The position numbers and the translations under genes are program-made. A stretch of 64,000 bases of DNA from the NCBI GenBank assembly GCA_964016885.1, contig OZ024743.1, positions 8,246,001-8,310,000 of the forward strand, written 5' to 3'. This DNA comes from Eledone cirrhosa. Taxonomy: Eukaryota. This document shows positions 1 to 12,832 of this stretch, in pieces. The notes beneath the pieces were generated by a model. It worked only from the letters and a program-made list of their open reading frames with translations. It was not told the DNA's origin and did not search any database. Positions within the stretch are counted from its first letter, which is position 1. Each line of letters begins with the position of its first letter.

Positions 1-3000
1 ATCTGTGTCAGTGTTTACATCTGTGTCAGTGTTTACATCTGTGTCAGTGTTTACATCTGTGTCAGTATTTACATCTGTGTAGTGTTTACATCTGTGTCAG
101 AGTTAACATCTGTGTCAGTGTTTACATCTGTGTCAGTGTTAACATATGTGTCAGTGTTAACATCTGTGTCAGTGTTTACATCTGTGTCAGTGTTTACATC
201 TGTGTCAGTGTTTACATCTGTGTCAGTGTTTACATCTGTGTAGTGTTTACATCTGTGTCAGTGTTTACATCTGTGTCAGTGTTTACATCTGTGTAGTGTT
301 TACATCTGTGTAGTGTTTACATCTGTGTAGTGTTTACATCTGTGTCAGTGTTAACATCTTATATTGTTTACATCTGTGTCAGTGTTTACATCTGTGTCAG
401 TGTTTACATCTGTGTCAGTGTTTACATCTGTGTAGTGTTTACATCTGTGTAGTGTTTACATCTGTGTCAGTGTTAACATCTGTATATTGTTTACATCTGT
501 GTCAGTGTTTACATCTGTGTCAGTGTTTACATCTGTGTCAGTGTTTACGTCTGTGTAGTGTTTACATCTGTGTCAGTGTTTACATCTGTGTCAGTGTTTA
601 CATCTGTGTCAGTGTTAACATCTGTGTCAGAGTTAACATCTGTGTCAGTGTTTACATCTGTGTCAGTGTTTACATCTGTGTCAGTGTTTACATCTGTGTA
701 GTGTTTACATCTGTGTCAGTATTTATATCTGTGTCAGTGTTTACATCTGTGTCAGTGTTAACATCTGTGTCAGTGTTTACATCTGTGTCAGTGTTTACAT
801 CTGTGTAGTGTTTACATCTGTGTCAGTGTTTACATCTGTGTCAGTGTTTACATCTGTGTCAGTGTTTACATCTGTGTCAGTGTTAACATCTGTGTCAGAG
901 TTAACCTCTGTGTCAGTGTTTACATCTGTGTCAGTGTTTACATCTGTGTCAGTGTTTACATCTGTGACAGTGTTTACATCTGTGACAGTATTTATATCTG
1001 TGTCAGTGTTTACATCTGTGTCAGTGTTTACATCTGTATCATTGTTTACATCTGTGTCAGTGTTTACATCTGTGTAGTGTTTACATGTGTGTCAGTGTTT
1101 ACATCTGTGTAGTGTTTACATCTGTGTAGTGTTTACATCTGTGTAGTGTTTACATCTGTGTCAGTATTTATATCTGTCAGTGTTTACATCTGTGTCAGAG
1201 TTTACATCTGTGTCAGTGTTTACATCTCTGTGTAGTGTTTACATCTGTGTATTGTTTACATCTGTGTCAGTGTTTACATCTGTGTCAGTGTTTATATCTG
1301 TGTCAGTGTTTACATCTGTGTCAGTATTTATATCTGTGTCAGTGTTTACATCTGTGTCAGTGTTTACATCTGTGTAGTGTTTACATCTGTGTAGTGTTTA
1401 CATCTGTGTAGTGTTTACATCTGTGTCAGTGTTTACATCTGTGACAGTGTTTACATCTGTCAGTGTTTACATCTGTGTCAGTGTTTACATCTGTGTAGTG
1501 TTTACATCTGTGTCAGTGTTTACATCTGTGTCAGTGTTTACATCTGTGTCAGTGTTTACATCTGTGTAGTGTTTACATCTGTGTCAGTGTTTACATCTGT
1601 GTCAGTGTTTACATCTGTGTCAGTGTTTACATCTGTGTCAGTGTTTACATCTGTGTCAGTATTTACATCTGTGTAGTGTTTACATCTGTGTCAGAGTTAA
1701 CATCTGTGTCAGTGTTTACATCTGTGTCAGTGTTAACATATGTGTCAGTGTTAACATCTGTGTCAGTGTTTACATCTGTGTCAGTGTTTACATCTGTGTC
1801 AGTGTTTACATCTGTGTCAGTGTTTACATCTGTGTAGTGTTTACATCTGTGTCAGTGTTTACATCTGTGTCAGTGTTTACATCTGTGTAGTGTTTACATC
1901 TGTGTAGTGTTTACATCTGTGTAGTGTTTACATCTGTGTCAGTGTTAACATCTTATATTGTTTACATCTGTGTCAGTGTTTACATCTGTGTCAGTGTTTA
2001 CATCTGTGTCAGTGTTTACATCTGTGTAGTGTTTACATCTGTGTAGTGTTTACATCTGTGTCAGTGTTAACATCTGTATATTGTTTACATCTGTGTCAGT
2101 GTTTACATCTGTGTCAGTGTTTACATCTGTGTCAGTGTTTACGTCTGTGTAGTGTTTACATCTGTGTCAGTGTTTACATCTGTGTCAGTGTTTACATCTG
2201 TGTCAGTGTTAACATCTGTGTCAGTGTTTACATCTGTGTCAGTGTTTACATCTGTGTCAGTGTTTACATCTGTGTCAGTGTTTACATCTGTGTAGTGTTT
2301 ACATCTGTGTCAGTATTTATATCTGTGTCAGTGTTTACATCTGTGTCAGTGTTAACATCTGTGTCAGTGTTTACATCTGTGTCAGTGTTTACATCTGTGT
2401 AGTGTTTACATCTGTGTCAGTGTTTACATCTGTGTCAGTGTTTACATCTGTGTCAGTGTTTACATCTGTGTCAGTGTTAACATCTGTGTCAGAGTTAACC
2501 TCTGTGTCAGTGTTTACATCTGTGTCAGTGTTTACATCTGTGTCAGTGTTTACATCTGTGACAGTGTTTACATCTGTGACAGTATTTATATCTGTGTCAG
2601 TGTTTACATCTGTGTCAGTGTTTACATCTGTATCATTGTTTACATCTGTGTCAGTGTTTACATCTGTGTAGTGTTTACATGTGTGTCAGTGTTTACATCT
2701 GTGTAGTGTTTACATCTGTGTAGTGTTTACATCTGTGTAGTGTTTACATCTGTGTCAGTGTTAACATCTGTGTAGTGTTTACATCTGTGTAGTGTTTACA
2801 TCTGTGTAGTGTTTACATCTCTGTCAGTGTTTACATCTGTGTCAGTGTTTACATCTGTGTAGTGTTTACATCTGTGTAGTGTTTACATCTGTAATAGTGT
2901 TTACATCTGTGTAGTGTTTACATCTGTGTCAGTATTTATATCTGTGTCAGTGTTTACATCTGTGTCAGTGTTTACATCTGTGTAGTGTTTACATCTGTGT

Positions 3001-6000
3001 AGGGTTTACATCTGTGTCAGTGTTAACATCTGTGTAGTGTTTACATCTGTGTAGTGTTTACATCTGTGTCAGTGTTTACATCTGTCAGTGTTTAAATCTG
3101 TGTCAGTGTTTACATCTGCGTCAGTGTTTAAAATATGTGTCAATGTTTACATCTGTGTATTGTGTACATCTGTGTATTGTTTACATCTGTGTATTGTTTA
3201 CATCTGTTTCGTGTTTACATCTGTGTAGTGTTTATATCTGTGTATTGTTTACATCTGTGTAGTGTTTACATCTGTGTAGTGTTTACATCTGTGTCAGTGT
3301 TTACATCTGTGTCAGTGTTTACATCTATCAGTGTTTACATCTGTGTAGTGTTTACATCTGTGTAGTGTTTACATCTGTGTAGTGTTTACATCTGTGTAGT
3401 GTTTACATCTGTGTAGTGTTTACATCTGTGTCAGTGTTAACATCTGTGTAGTGTTTACATCTGTGTAGTGTTTACATCTGTGTAGTGTTTACATCTCTGT
3501 CAGTGTTTACATCTGTGTCAGTGTTTACATCTGTGTAGTGTTTACATCTGTGTAGTGTTTACATCTGTAATAGTGTTTACATCTGTGTAGTGTTTACATC
3601 TGTGTCAGTGTTTACATCTGTGTCAGTGTTTACATCTGTGACAGTGTTTACATCTGTCAGTGTTTACATCTGTGTCAGTGTTTACATCTGTGTAGTGTTT
3701 ACATCTGTGTCAGTGTTTACATCTGTGTAGTGTTTACATCTGTGTCAGTGTTTACATCTGTGTAGTGTTTACATCTGTGTAGTGTTTACATCTGTGTAGT
3801 GTTTACATCTGTGTCAGTGTTTACATCTGTGACAGTGTTTACATCTGTCAGTGTTTACATCTGTGTCAGTGTTTACATCTGTGTAGTGTTTACATCTGTG
3901 TCAGTGTTTACATCTGTGTCAGTGTTTACATCTGTGTCAGTGTTTACATCTGTGTAGTGTTTAAATCTGTGTCAGTGTTTACATCTGTGTCAGTGTTTAC
4001 ATCTGTGTCAGTGTTTACATCTGTGTCAGTGTTTACATCTGTGTCAGTATTTACATCTGTGTAGTGTTTACATCTGTGTCAGAGTTAACATCTGTGTCAG
4101 TGTTTACATCTGTGTCAGTGTTAACATATGTGTCAGTGTTAACATCTGTGTCAGTGTTTACATCTGTGTCAGTGTTTACATCTGTGTCAGTGTTTACATC
4201 TGTGTCAGTGTTTACATCTGTGTAGTGTTTACATCTGTGTCAGTGTTTACATCTGTGTCAGTGTTTACATCTGTGTAGTGTTTACATCTGTGTAGTGTTT
4301 ACATCTGTGTAGTGTTTACATCTGTCTCAGTGTTAACATCTTATATTGTTTACATCTGTGTCAGTGTTTACATCTGTGTCAGTGTTTACATCTGTGTCAG
4401 TGTTTACATCTGTGTAGTGTTTACATCTGTGTAGTGTTTACATCTGTGTCAGTGTTAACATCTGTATATTGTTTACATCTGTGTCAGTGTTTACATCTGT
4501 GTCAGTGTTTACATCTGTGTCAGTGTTTACGTCTGTGTAGTGTTTACATCTGTGTCAGTGTTTACATCTGTGTCAGTGTTTACATCTGTGTCAGTGTTAA
4601 CATCTGTGTCAGAGTTAACATCTGTGTCAGTGTTTACATCTGTGTCAGTGTTTACATCTGTGTCAGTGTTTACATCTGTGTAGTGTTTACATCTGTGTCA
4701 GTATTTATATCTGTGTCAGTGTTTACATCTGTGTCAGTGTTAACATCTGTGTCAGTGTTTACATCTGTGTCAGTGTTTACATCTGTGTAGTGTTTACATC
4801 TGTGTCAGTGTTTACATCTGTGTCAGTGTTTACATCTGTGTCAGTGTTTACATCTGTGTCAGTGTTAACATCTGTGTCAGAGTTAACCTCTGTGTCAGTG
4901 TTTACATCTGTGTCAGTGTTTACATCTGTGTCAGTGTTTACATCTGTGACAGTGTTTACATCTGTGACAGTATTTATATCTGTGTCAGTGTTTACATCTG
5001 TGTCAGTGTTTACATCTGTATCATTGTTTACATCTGTGTCAGTGTTTACATCTGTGTAGTGTTTACATGTGTGTCAGTGTTTACATCTGTGTAGTGTTTA
5101 CATCTGTGTAGTGTTTACATCTGTGTAGTGTTTACATCTGTGTCAGTGTTAACATCTGTGTAGTGTTTACATCTGTGTAGTGTTTACATCTGTGTAGTGT
5201 TTACATCTCTGTCAGTGTTTACATCTGTGTCAGTGTTTACATCTGTGTAGTGTTTACATCTGTGTAGTGTTTACATCTGTAATAGTGTTTACATCTGTGT
5301 AGTGTTTACATCTGTGTCAGTATTTATATCTGTGTCAGTGTTTACATCTGTGTCAGTGTTTACATCTGTGTAGTGTTTACATCTGTGTAGGGTTTACATC
5401 TGTGTCAGTGTTAACATCTGTGTAGTGTTTACATCTGTGTAGTGTTTACATCTGTGTCAGTGTTTACATCTGTCAGTGTTTAAATCTGTGTCAGTGTTTA
5501 CATCTGCGTCAGTGTTTAAAATATGTGTCAATGTTTACATCTGTGTATTGTTTACATCTGTGTATTGTTTACATCTGTTTCGTGTTTACATCTGTGTAGT
5601 GTTTATATCTGTGTATTGTTTACATCTGTGTAGTGTTTACATCTGTGTAGTGTTTACATCTGTGTCAGTGTTTACATCTGTGTCAGTGTTTACATCTATC
5701 AGTGTTTACATCTGTGTAGTGTTTACATCTGTGTAGTGTTTACATCTGTGTAGTGTTTACATCTGTGTAGTGTTTACATCTGTGTAGTGTTTACATCTGT
5801 GTCAGTGTTAACATCTGTGTAGTGTTTACATCTGTGTAGTGTTTACATCTGTGTAGTGTTTACATCTCTGTCAGTGTTTACATCTGTGTCAGTGTTTACA
5901 TCTGTGTAGTGTTTACATCTGTGTAGTGTTTACATCTGTAATAGTGTTTACATCTGTGTAGTGTTTACATCTGTGTCAGTATTTATATCTGTGTCAGTGT

Positions 6001-6795
6001 TTACATCTGTGTCAGTGTTTACATCTGTGTAGTGTTTACATCTGTGTAGGGTTTACATCTGTGTCAGTGTTAACATCTGTGTAGTGTTTACATCTGTGTA
6101 GTGTTTACATCTGTGTCAGTGTTTACATCTGTCAGTGTTTAAATCTGTGTCAGTGTTTACATCTGCGTCAGTGTTTAAAATATGTGTCAATGTTTACATC
6201 TGTGTATTGTGTACATCTGTGTATTGTTTACATCTGTGTATTGTTTACATCTGTTTCGTGTTTACATCTGTGTAGTGTTTATATCTGTGTATTGTTTACA
6301 TCTGTGTAGTGTTTACATCTGTGTAGTGTTTACATCTGTGTCAGTGTTTACATCTGTGTCAGTGTTTACATCTATCAGTGTTTACATCTGTGTAGTGTTT
6401 ACATCTGTGTAGTGTTTACATCTGTGTAGTGTTTACATCTGTGTCAGTGTTTACATCTGTCAGTGTTTACATCTCTGTCAGTGTTTACATCTGCGTCAGT
6501 GTTTAAAATCTGTGTCAATGTTTACAACTGTGTATTGTGTACATCTGTGTATTGTGTACATCTGTGTATTGTTTACATCTGTGTATTGTTTACATCTGTG
6601 TATTGTTTACATCTGTTTCGTGTTTACATCTGTGTAGTGTTTATATCTGTGTATTGTTTACATCTGTGTAGTGTTTACATCTGTGTATTGTTTACATCTG
6701 TGTCAGTGTTTACATCTATCAGTATTTACATCTGTGTCAGTGTTTACGTCAGTGTTTACATCTGTATCAGTGTTTACAACGGTGTCAGTGTTAAT
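1..6795. repeat. Satellite/minisatellite array of 18-bp CAGTGTTTACATCTGTGT and 17-bp AGTGTTTACATCTGTGT monomers with higher-order duplications; runs off the left edge
   Basis: Tandem monomers are directly visible. Diagnostic variants recur at fixed offsets (TCTTATATTG near 357, 1951, 4339; AGGGTTTACA near 3001, 5389, 6048). Confidence 0.98.
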
Positions 6796-7530
6796 GTCCC
6801 CTAACTTAGTGGTTCGATAAGTAATCGATAAAATAAGTACCAGGCGTAAAATTAAGTACAGATTTCGATTAAATTGATTATAACCATTTCTGGCGTTGCT
6901 CTACCACAGCCGTAGTCAAATAACTGCAATCAATGAAAGAATAACAGATTAAAAGAATTTATTTTGGAAATTATCTAAGAAAAGATGGAGTTGTGTATGC
7001 TTATTCTTCTTTTAAGCTATAGCAATGTTGAAGCTATCATTAAACATTTAATGGTAGCACTTTTCATGTTTTTTAACAACTTTGTAAATATATTTATATA
7101 TTTGTATATCAGTGGAATACATTCTTTAACACGATACCTTACTTTCTTCTTTCCTTTCTTCCTTTCTGTTTCTGTTTCTGTTTCCTTTCCTTACCTCCTT
7201 TTTTTCGCGAGGCTATCGTTGCTATAAAACGCGCCATACTTTCTCCTAGTCGTCAAATAAAACTCTATGTATATATATGTTTTGGGTGAATTGCTATAAG
7301 TTATTGTTTTGTCTCGACTTTTACTCTATGGATAGGGGCCTTTGGCGTATGTCAGATACAGGGGACAAAACTGCCAGAAGTCCTTCTCGGCAGCTGAAGA
7401 CCTTGGAGTTTTGTGTCTTTCGTTTCTCTTTTATTTTCAATAAAAAAAATTGTAAGGGTTCCCTTTAAAAAAAATTGTGTTTGTTTTGCCTTGCTTGCGT
7501 TTGTTATCTTCTCTGTGTTAATTTTTCTAA

Positions 7531-7563
<33 letters not shown>

Positions 7564-7565
<2 letters not shown>

Positions 7566-9336
7566 GTTGAGTCTCAGTCATTGATGTTAGTTAACTGGAA
7601 AGTTTGTTGAAATGAATATCAAGCCACTACCTGCAGCTTCAGATATTCAGGACGTAACGGAGGGTTCTTGCTGTTCCCAGCAAGCATGCTTTTGAAGCGT
7701 TCCAAAAAGCGTGAAGGGGCCAATTTTCTTTAACCATCCCTGGAAACTTTTTGAGATAGTACCTAGTGCGCCTATGACAATCGGGACCACTTTGACTTCA
7801 TGGCAGTTCCAAATCCTTTTTACCTCCCACTTTAAGTCCTGGTATCGGTTAATTTTCTCCCTCTCCTTCTCTTACACTCTCGTGTGGAATGGGCAGGCCA
7901 CATCCACAATCAGGCACGATCTTTTTTCTTTGTCCAAAACCACCAGGTCAGGTCTATTGTGTTCCAGTTTCTTGTCCGTCTGTATCCTAAAATTCCACAG
8001 CACCTTCACCTGATCGTTTTCTATCACCGACTCTGGCTTATGCTCATACCACTTCTCAGAATGTGGTAAATTGTTTACTTTGCATAGGTGCCAGTGGATC
8101 ATGTCTCCAGCCCTTATAGTGAGTCTGGGCTAGGTGTTTACACTCGGATACAATGTGAGCCACAGTCTCCTCTCTCTCTCCACAGATCCTGCACAGTGGG
8201 CTAGCCTCCTCCTTGTAAATATGGTGTTTCAACCACTTCGTTTTGAGGGCCTACTCTTGCGCAGCCAATAACATTCCTTCTGTAGCCTTTTTAAGGTCTC
8301 CTCTTTTCAACCAGTTCCATGTCTGTGGATCTCTAAATTCAGTTTTCTCAAAGAAGGTACTATGAAGGGATTTTTCATGAAGGCTGCTCTTTCTCCTTGT
8401 TGTTATTTCCTCCTTGGACATCCCCTGGTCTATTGTCCTCTCCTTCAGTACAGTTCTGAGCATTGGCTCCTTACTATCAGTCACGTATTTGTGTAGGTTG
8501 TTTTTCTCCATCTGAACACAGTCCTCTATGCTGATAAGACCTCTTCCACCTTCAGATCTCCTTAAGTAGAGTCTATCGACATCACTCCTCTTGTGGAACA
8601 TGTTGTAGATAGTCAATAGCTTCCTAGTCTTCCTATCCATTTCTTTTTGTTTAGCAACATTCCATCTCAGAATTCCCGCACTGTACCTAATAATAGACAC
8701 AGCTCGGGAATGTACTGCACTTATGGCATTCCTACTGTTCAGATGTGACTTTAATACGCTCCTTACTCTCCGAATGTATTCAGTTCTTATCAATTCCTTC
8801 ATTTTTTTGTTCTTGATGTCATCAGCCTCCAGAACACCCAAATACTTGTATCCTTCTTCAGTGTCAATTTCCTTTATCATCTCACCTGTTGGTACCTGCA
8901 TTCCGTTGCTTCTGCTCAATTTACCCCTCTTCATCACAAGGACTCCACACTTACTAATACCAAATTGCATACATATATCATTGCTGAAAATACGGACAGT
9001 GTCAACAATCACATCCAACTCCTTCTCACTCTTCCCGAAGATCTTAAGATCGTCCATGAAGAGGAGGTGATTGATGGTAAGCTCTCCCTTTCCCAACTTG
9101 TATCCTGCTCTCACTTTTCGCAGTATAATGGTCAGGGGCATCAGGGCAAGGACAAACAACAGAGGGGACAGACTATCTCCCTGGAAGATACCTCTCTTGA
9201 TCTTCACGCCTCCCAAGGATTCTCCAGCTGTTCTTAACTGTGTTTCCCAGGACTTCATACTTTTGCCCAACAACTGTCTGGTGTTATCTGCCACCTTGAA
9301 GATCTCTAGGCTTTTGGTGATCCAAGAATGAGGCAC
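7564..9336 (-). mobile_element. 5'-truncated R4/Dong-clade non-LTR retrotransposon (RT + CCHC + restriction-like endonuclease), degenerate
   Basis: ORF 8251-9336 has IFQGDSLSPLLF and LLFMDDLK. Downstream are CRICG...HIVSEC, WNFRIQTD...NRPDLVVLD...IVDVACP (PD..D RLE) and a terminal LLGTARTLRYVLNI*. It carries stops and frameshifts and is flanked on both sides by (TAA)n on its sense strand. Confidence 0.88.
7639..9336 (-). pseudogene. Disrupted RT-RLE polyprotein of the R4/Dong element
   Basis: Pieces 8251-9336 (RT) and 7872-8102 (RLE) are separated by a stop and frameshifts; terminal TGA near 7639. Confidence 0.85.
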
Positions 9337-9343
9337 ATTATTA

Positions 9344-9381
<38 letters not shown>

Positions 9382-10519
9382 TACCCGCTACGTGGAGGGC
9401 TGGGCATGCCGTGGCTGATGATGCGCAGACACGCGCTCAGGCTACGACATCTCCACCTCTTCCTCGACGGTGATCAGGTGTGGTCGCCGTTTGCTAGACA
9501 CGTTTTTCCCCAGCTCGTCTCCTTGACGGAGCTGCAGTCCTGGGTCAAGCGAAGACCGAGAGGGAGCGCTTGGAGACTGGAATGTCTTCAGGCGCTCACA
9601 GCCCTCGACCAATCGGGCAATGTGATCGGTGGAAACTCCACCTTGGCGTTCTATAGGGGATTAGTGGAGGGGAAGAGCGACGACGTACTTGGAGAAACTC
9701 TAGGCGTCGACGAAAATCAACTAGCCAATCTCTTCGGAAGGACTTTCGGGCCGGGGCCTATGGACAACTTCCAGAAATCCCTGGCCTGGCAGTGCTACCG
9801 AGGAGCTTTGCCAGTTCGGGATAAACTCTACAGGCATGGAGGTGCCGTCAGCCGGGCATGTCCGAGATGCGCGCAGGGCGACGAAACCGTCCTGCACGCA
9901 CTCGTCCAGTGTCCGAGCATTGCTGACCTGTGGGTTTATGTCGAACACCTGCTGTCACGTGTAGGACGGATCCGGCTATCAGCTGAGTCCATCGTGAGGA
10001 TTGCCTTGCCCCCTTCCTTTAGCCTGGAAGGGCAGGCAGTTTTTATCTGTCTGGTGGCCATGGCGAAAGAGATAGTATGGTGGACACGTTTGAAAGGGCT
10101 GAAGACGAGCACTTACCTCTTCGGTGATGCCCTGATTAACTTCTTCAAATTTCATTTGAAAAGGAAAATCAGGGTAGAGAGGGAAATGCTCTCTTCCCAG
10201 CATTTTGTTGAAAGATGGGTGAGAGAAGCAAGTATGGCCCGAATGAATGGGCCTTCTCTGAGTATGTGTTTGTAAATTAAAGGTGGAAAACTGGGAGAGG
10301 GCACTTGCCCTGGTGGTCAGGGCCACTGTGGTCTTTTAATGGGCTTTCTCCACAAATGTCCCTCGGAAGTCTCCCCCCTATTGGGGAATTTTTCTTTGTT
10401 ATTTTATTTCAACCTCTGTTTTTTTACACGCAGAAATGCCCATTTGTACCGTCCTGTATTGTCCTGTACTGTCCTTAATGTCTACTTTATGTAAACCCTT
10501 GTGGTTAATAAAGAAAACA

Positions 10520-10520
<1 letters not shown>
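9382..10520 (+). mobile_element. 5'-truncated Tx1/L1-type retrotransposon (3' ~1.1 kb), near-identical to 15361-16496
   Basis: Translation matches the ORF2 C-terminus of the adjacent copy (CPRC...H...C zinc finger). Same 3'UTR with AATAAA. (TTA)n on both sides. Confidence 0.95.
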
Positions 10521-10587
<67 letters not shown>

Positions 10588-10796
10588 GGCGACCTACGTA
10601 GTAAATCGTATCATCGTGAGCTCCGCAAAGGTTTGTTATTTCCGTTTGTTAAAAATTGCCATTTATGGAAAATTTTTATTGTTAACTATATATAAGCGCA
10701 CATACATTGTTTTCCGAAAAGGACACCCAAAAAGATTGGGGCCTTGTGCCCAAAATTTAAACTTTTATGATTATCAAAATATTTCTTTGAAAAAAA

Positions 10797-11314
10797 ATGG
10801 CTAATTCACCTCTGCACCAAGCAGCTGAAAGCCTTCCTCACAAATTAACACCTCACACCGACACCACCATTGTAAATGATACTACGTTTGCCAACACAAA
10901 CAATTTAAGCACTAGCAATATTTTAAATTTGTCTCAGGCAGACATTCATTTCCCGCCATTACCAATGACTGCAGGTATTAAAGCCGCCACCACCACCACC
11001 ACCGCGACAACCACCACCCCCACCCCCACCGCGACAACAGAAACAAAAGGAAAAAATAAATCAACTCGTGATGTCGATATATTTTCAACCAAAATGGACT
11101 CTTCCAAACCGATCTCCACTGACGTCACCACCACCACAACTGAAACTAAAATTAATAATAACAAAAATGACGATAGCAACAATAACAACAATGACATTAA
11201 AAAAACCACCCTGAGTTTTGCCAGAGTAGCAAAACAGTGCGAAGCATTTAATGTAACTCAGGAGGAATTAGAAAATGTCAAAAAAATGGTAAAGAAAGAT
11301 GGGTACAGGGTCAG

Positions 11315-11345
<31 letters not shown>

Positions 11346-12798
11346 CTAATAAAATGGAGCATCGGCGCCTATGCACCGTGTCGTATCGAACAATAAATGT
11401 AAAATCGCGCCGAGTGGAACGGGCATCCGGGTCCCAAATCCAAAAAGCTTTGGGACATGTGTGGGCAAGAAAAACCTACATCAGACGTGGGCAGAAGTAT
11501 GGAACCGTGGACGTGTTCTTTGAAACACCAGAGGAGGCTAGAGAACACTCCATGGCCCCATTAAGAAGTGACGACTTCACACTCGCCCCAAACTATTGTG
11601 GCCAGAGACTCGTAAAATCAGGGTGACCCACGTTCCACCGGCCATCGAAATTCCCTGGCTAATAGCGGCCGTCCTCGCCGGCATCGAAGCCAACACAAAG
11701 ATAATAGCAATAGCAAAAGAAAAGCAGGAGAACTGGTCCGGATCTGGGATGGAGCTCCTGATCCAAGCGGACCAAAAAAGCATTGAGGAGATCCCAGAGG
11801 TAATAGACCTCACTGACGGCAGCCACCTCACCGTAATTGTCGAGGGCAGAAGGCCTAGGTGTGTCGTTTGTGGTGAAGGAACCCACCTAAGGGCTTTCTG
11901 CCCTCAGGCTAAAAGGTTGAGGCCACCTCTCCTACCCACCCCAGTGACTCAACCATCAACACCACCAGTAGCAGAGATGGCAGTAACAACTGTAGCAGCA
12001 ACAACAGAAGCAACTATAACAGCAACAACCCCAGCAACAGTAGCAAAACCAACACCACTACCACCAGCAAAACCAACACCACCACCACCGAACGCTTCAG
12101 AACTAGCACCAGCGCCTACACCATCCACCACGCCACAACCAAAACTAACGCCTGTGGAGGATTTTCCACTCCCCGGCCTATCACAACTGGAGACAGATTG
12201 TGACGACGAGGAGTGGGAAACGGTATCAGGAAAAAAAAAAAGAAACCAAAAAAGAAAAAATTCGCTTCCTTCCCCCTCCAAAAACAAAATACAGAGGGAA
12301 ACAAATAAATTAACAAACAAAAAAGTTAGGACAGATATGCCACCATCCACACCAACATCACCAACCCCATCACCCCAAACACCAACACCATCACCATCAT
12401 TAACCCCAACACCACCATCACCTACACCACAAAAGTCACCAAAATGCGAAACAGAAACAAACCCACAATAAACGCAAACAAAACAAAACAACCAAAACGA
12501 TACACACTATACAGCATTAAATTTGAACAACAACCAATTATTACACTACATCCAACACAACAGCAGCATCACAGAAAAAGACTACACAACAACCCCAAAA
12601 TTCACACCACCTCCACACATACAAATCACTCGCATCACACAGAAAATGTACATGACACTAAAACAAAAATTCCCCAAAGACATCGGAGACTTCCGACAAG
12701 CACTCTCCAGGAGGATTTATAAGGACATCCTTCCTGAGGAGGCCACAAGCAGTGAAAAGGATGGAAAAACCGTCCTTCCTCTACGAGAAGTAAGGTAA
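10797..12798 (+). pseudogene. ORF1 (gag-like nucleic-acid-binding protein) of the Tx1-type element, frameshifted
   Basis: Consecutive ORF pieces 10797-11396, 11354-11626, 11596-12471 and 12523-12798. Zinc knuckle GRRPRCVVCGEGTHLRAFCP, Pro/Thr-rich linker and basic KKKRNQKRK. One shift lies at a poly-C/(CA)n run near 11315-11345. Confidence 0.75.
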
Positions 12799-12832
12799 GT
12801 GGTCTCTCCCATCTTTTCCACTCCATTTCAAC

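Noticed and set aside
1-6795. CRISPR-like regular repeat
   Set aside because: No unique spacers, no cas genes, eukaryotic context.
452-6804. ORFs of SVFTSV / YICV repeats
   Set aside because: Translations of the 17/18-bp satellite; no coding evidence.
9328-9381. Signal-peptide-like poly-Leu start of ORF 9328-10275
   Set aside because: Translation of the (TTA)n target fused by chance in frame to a truncated ORF2.
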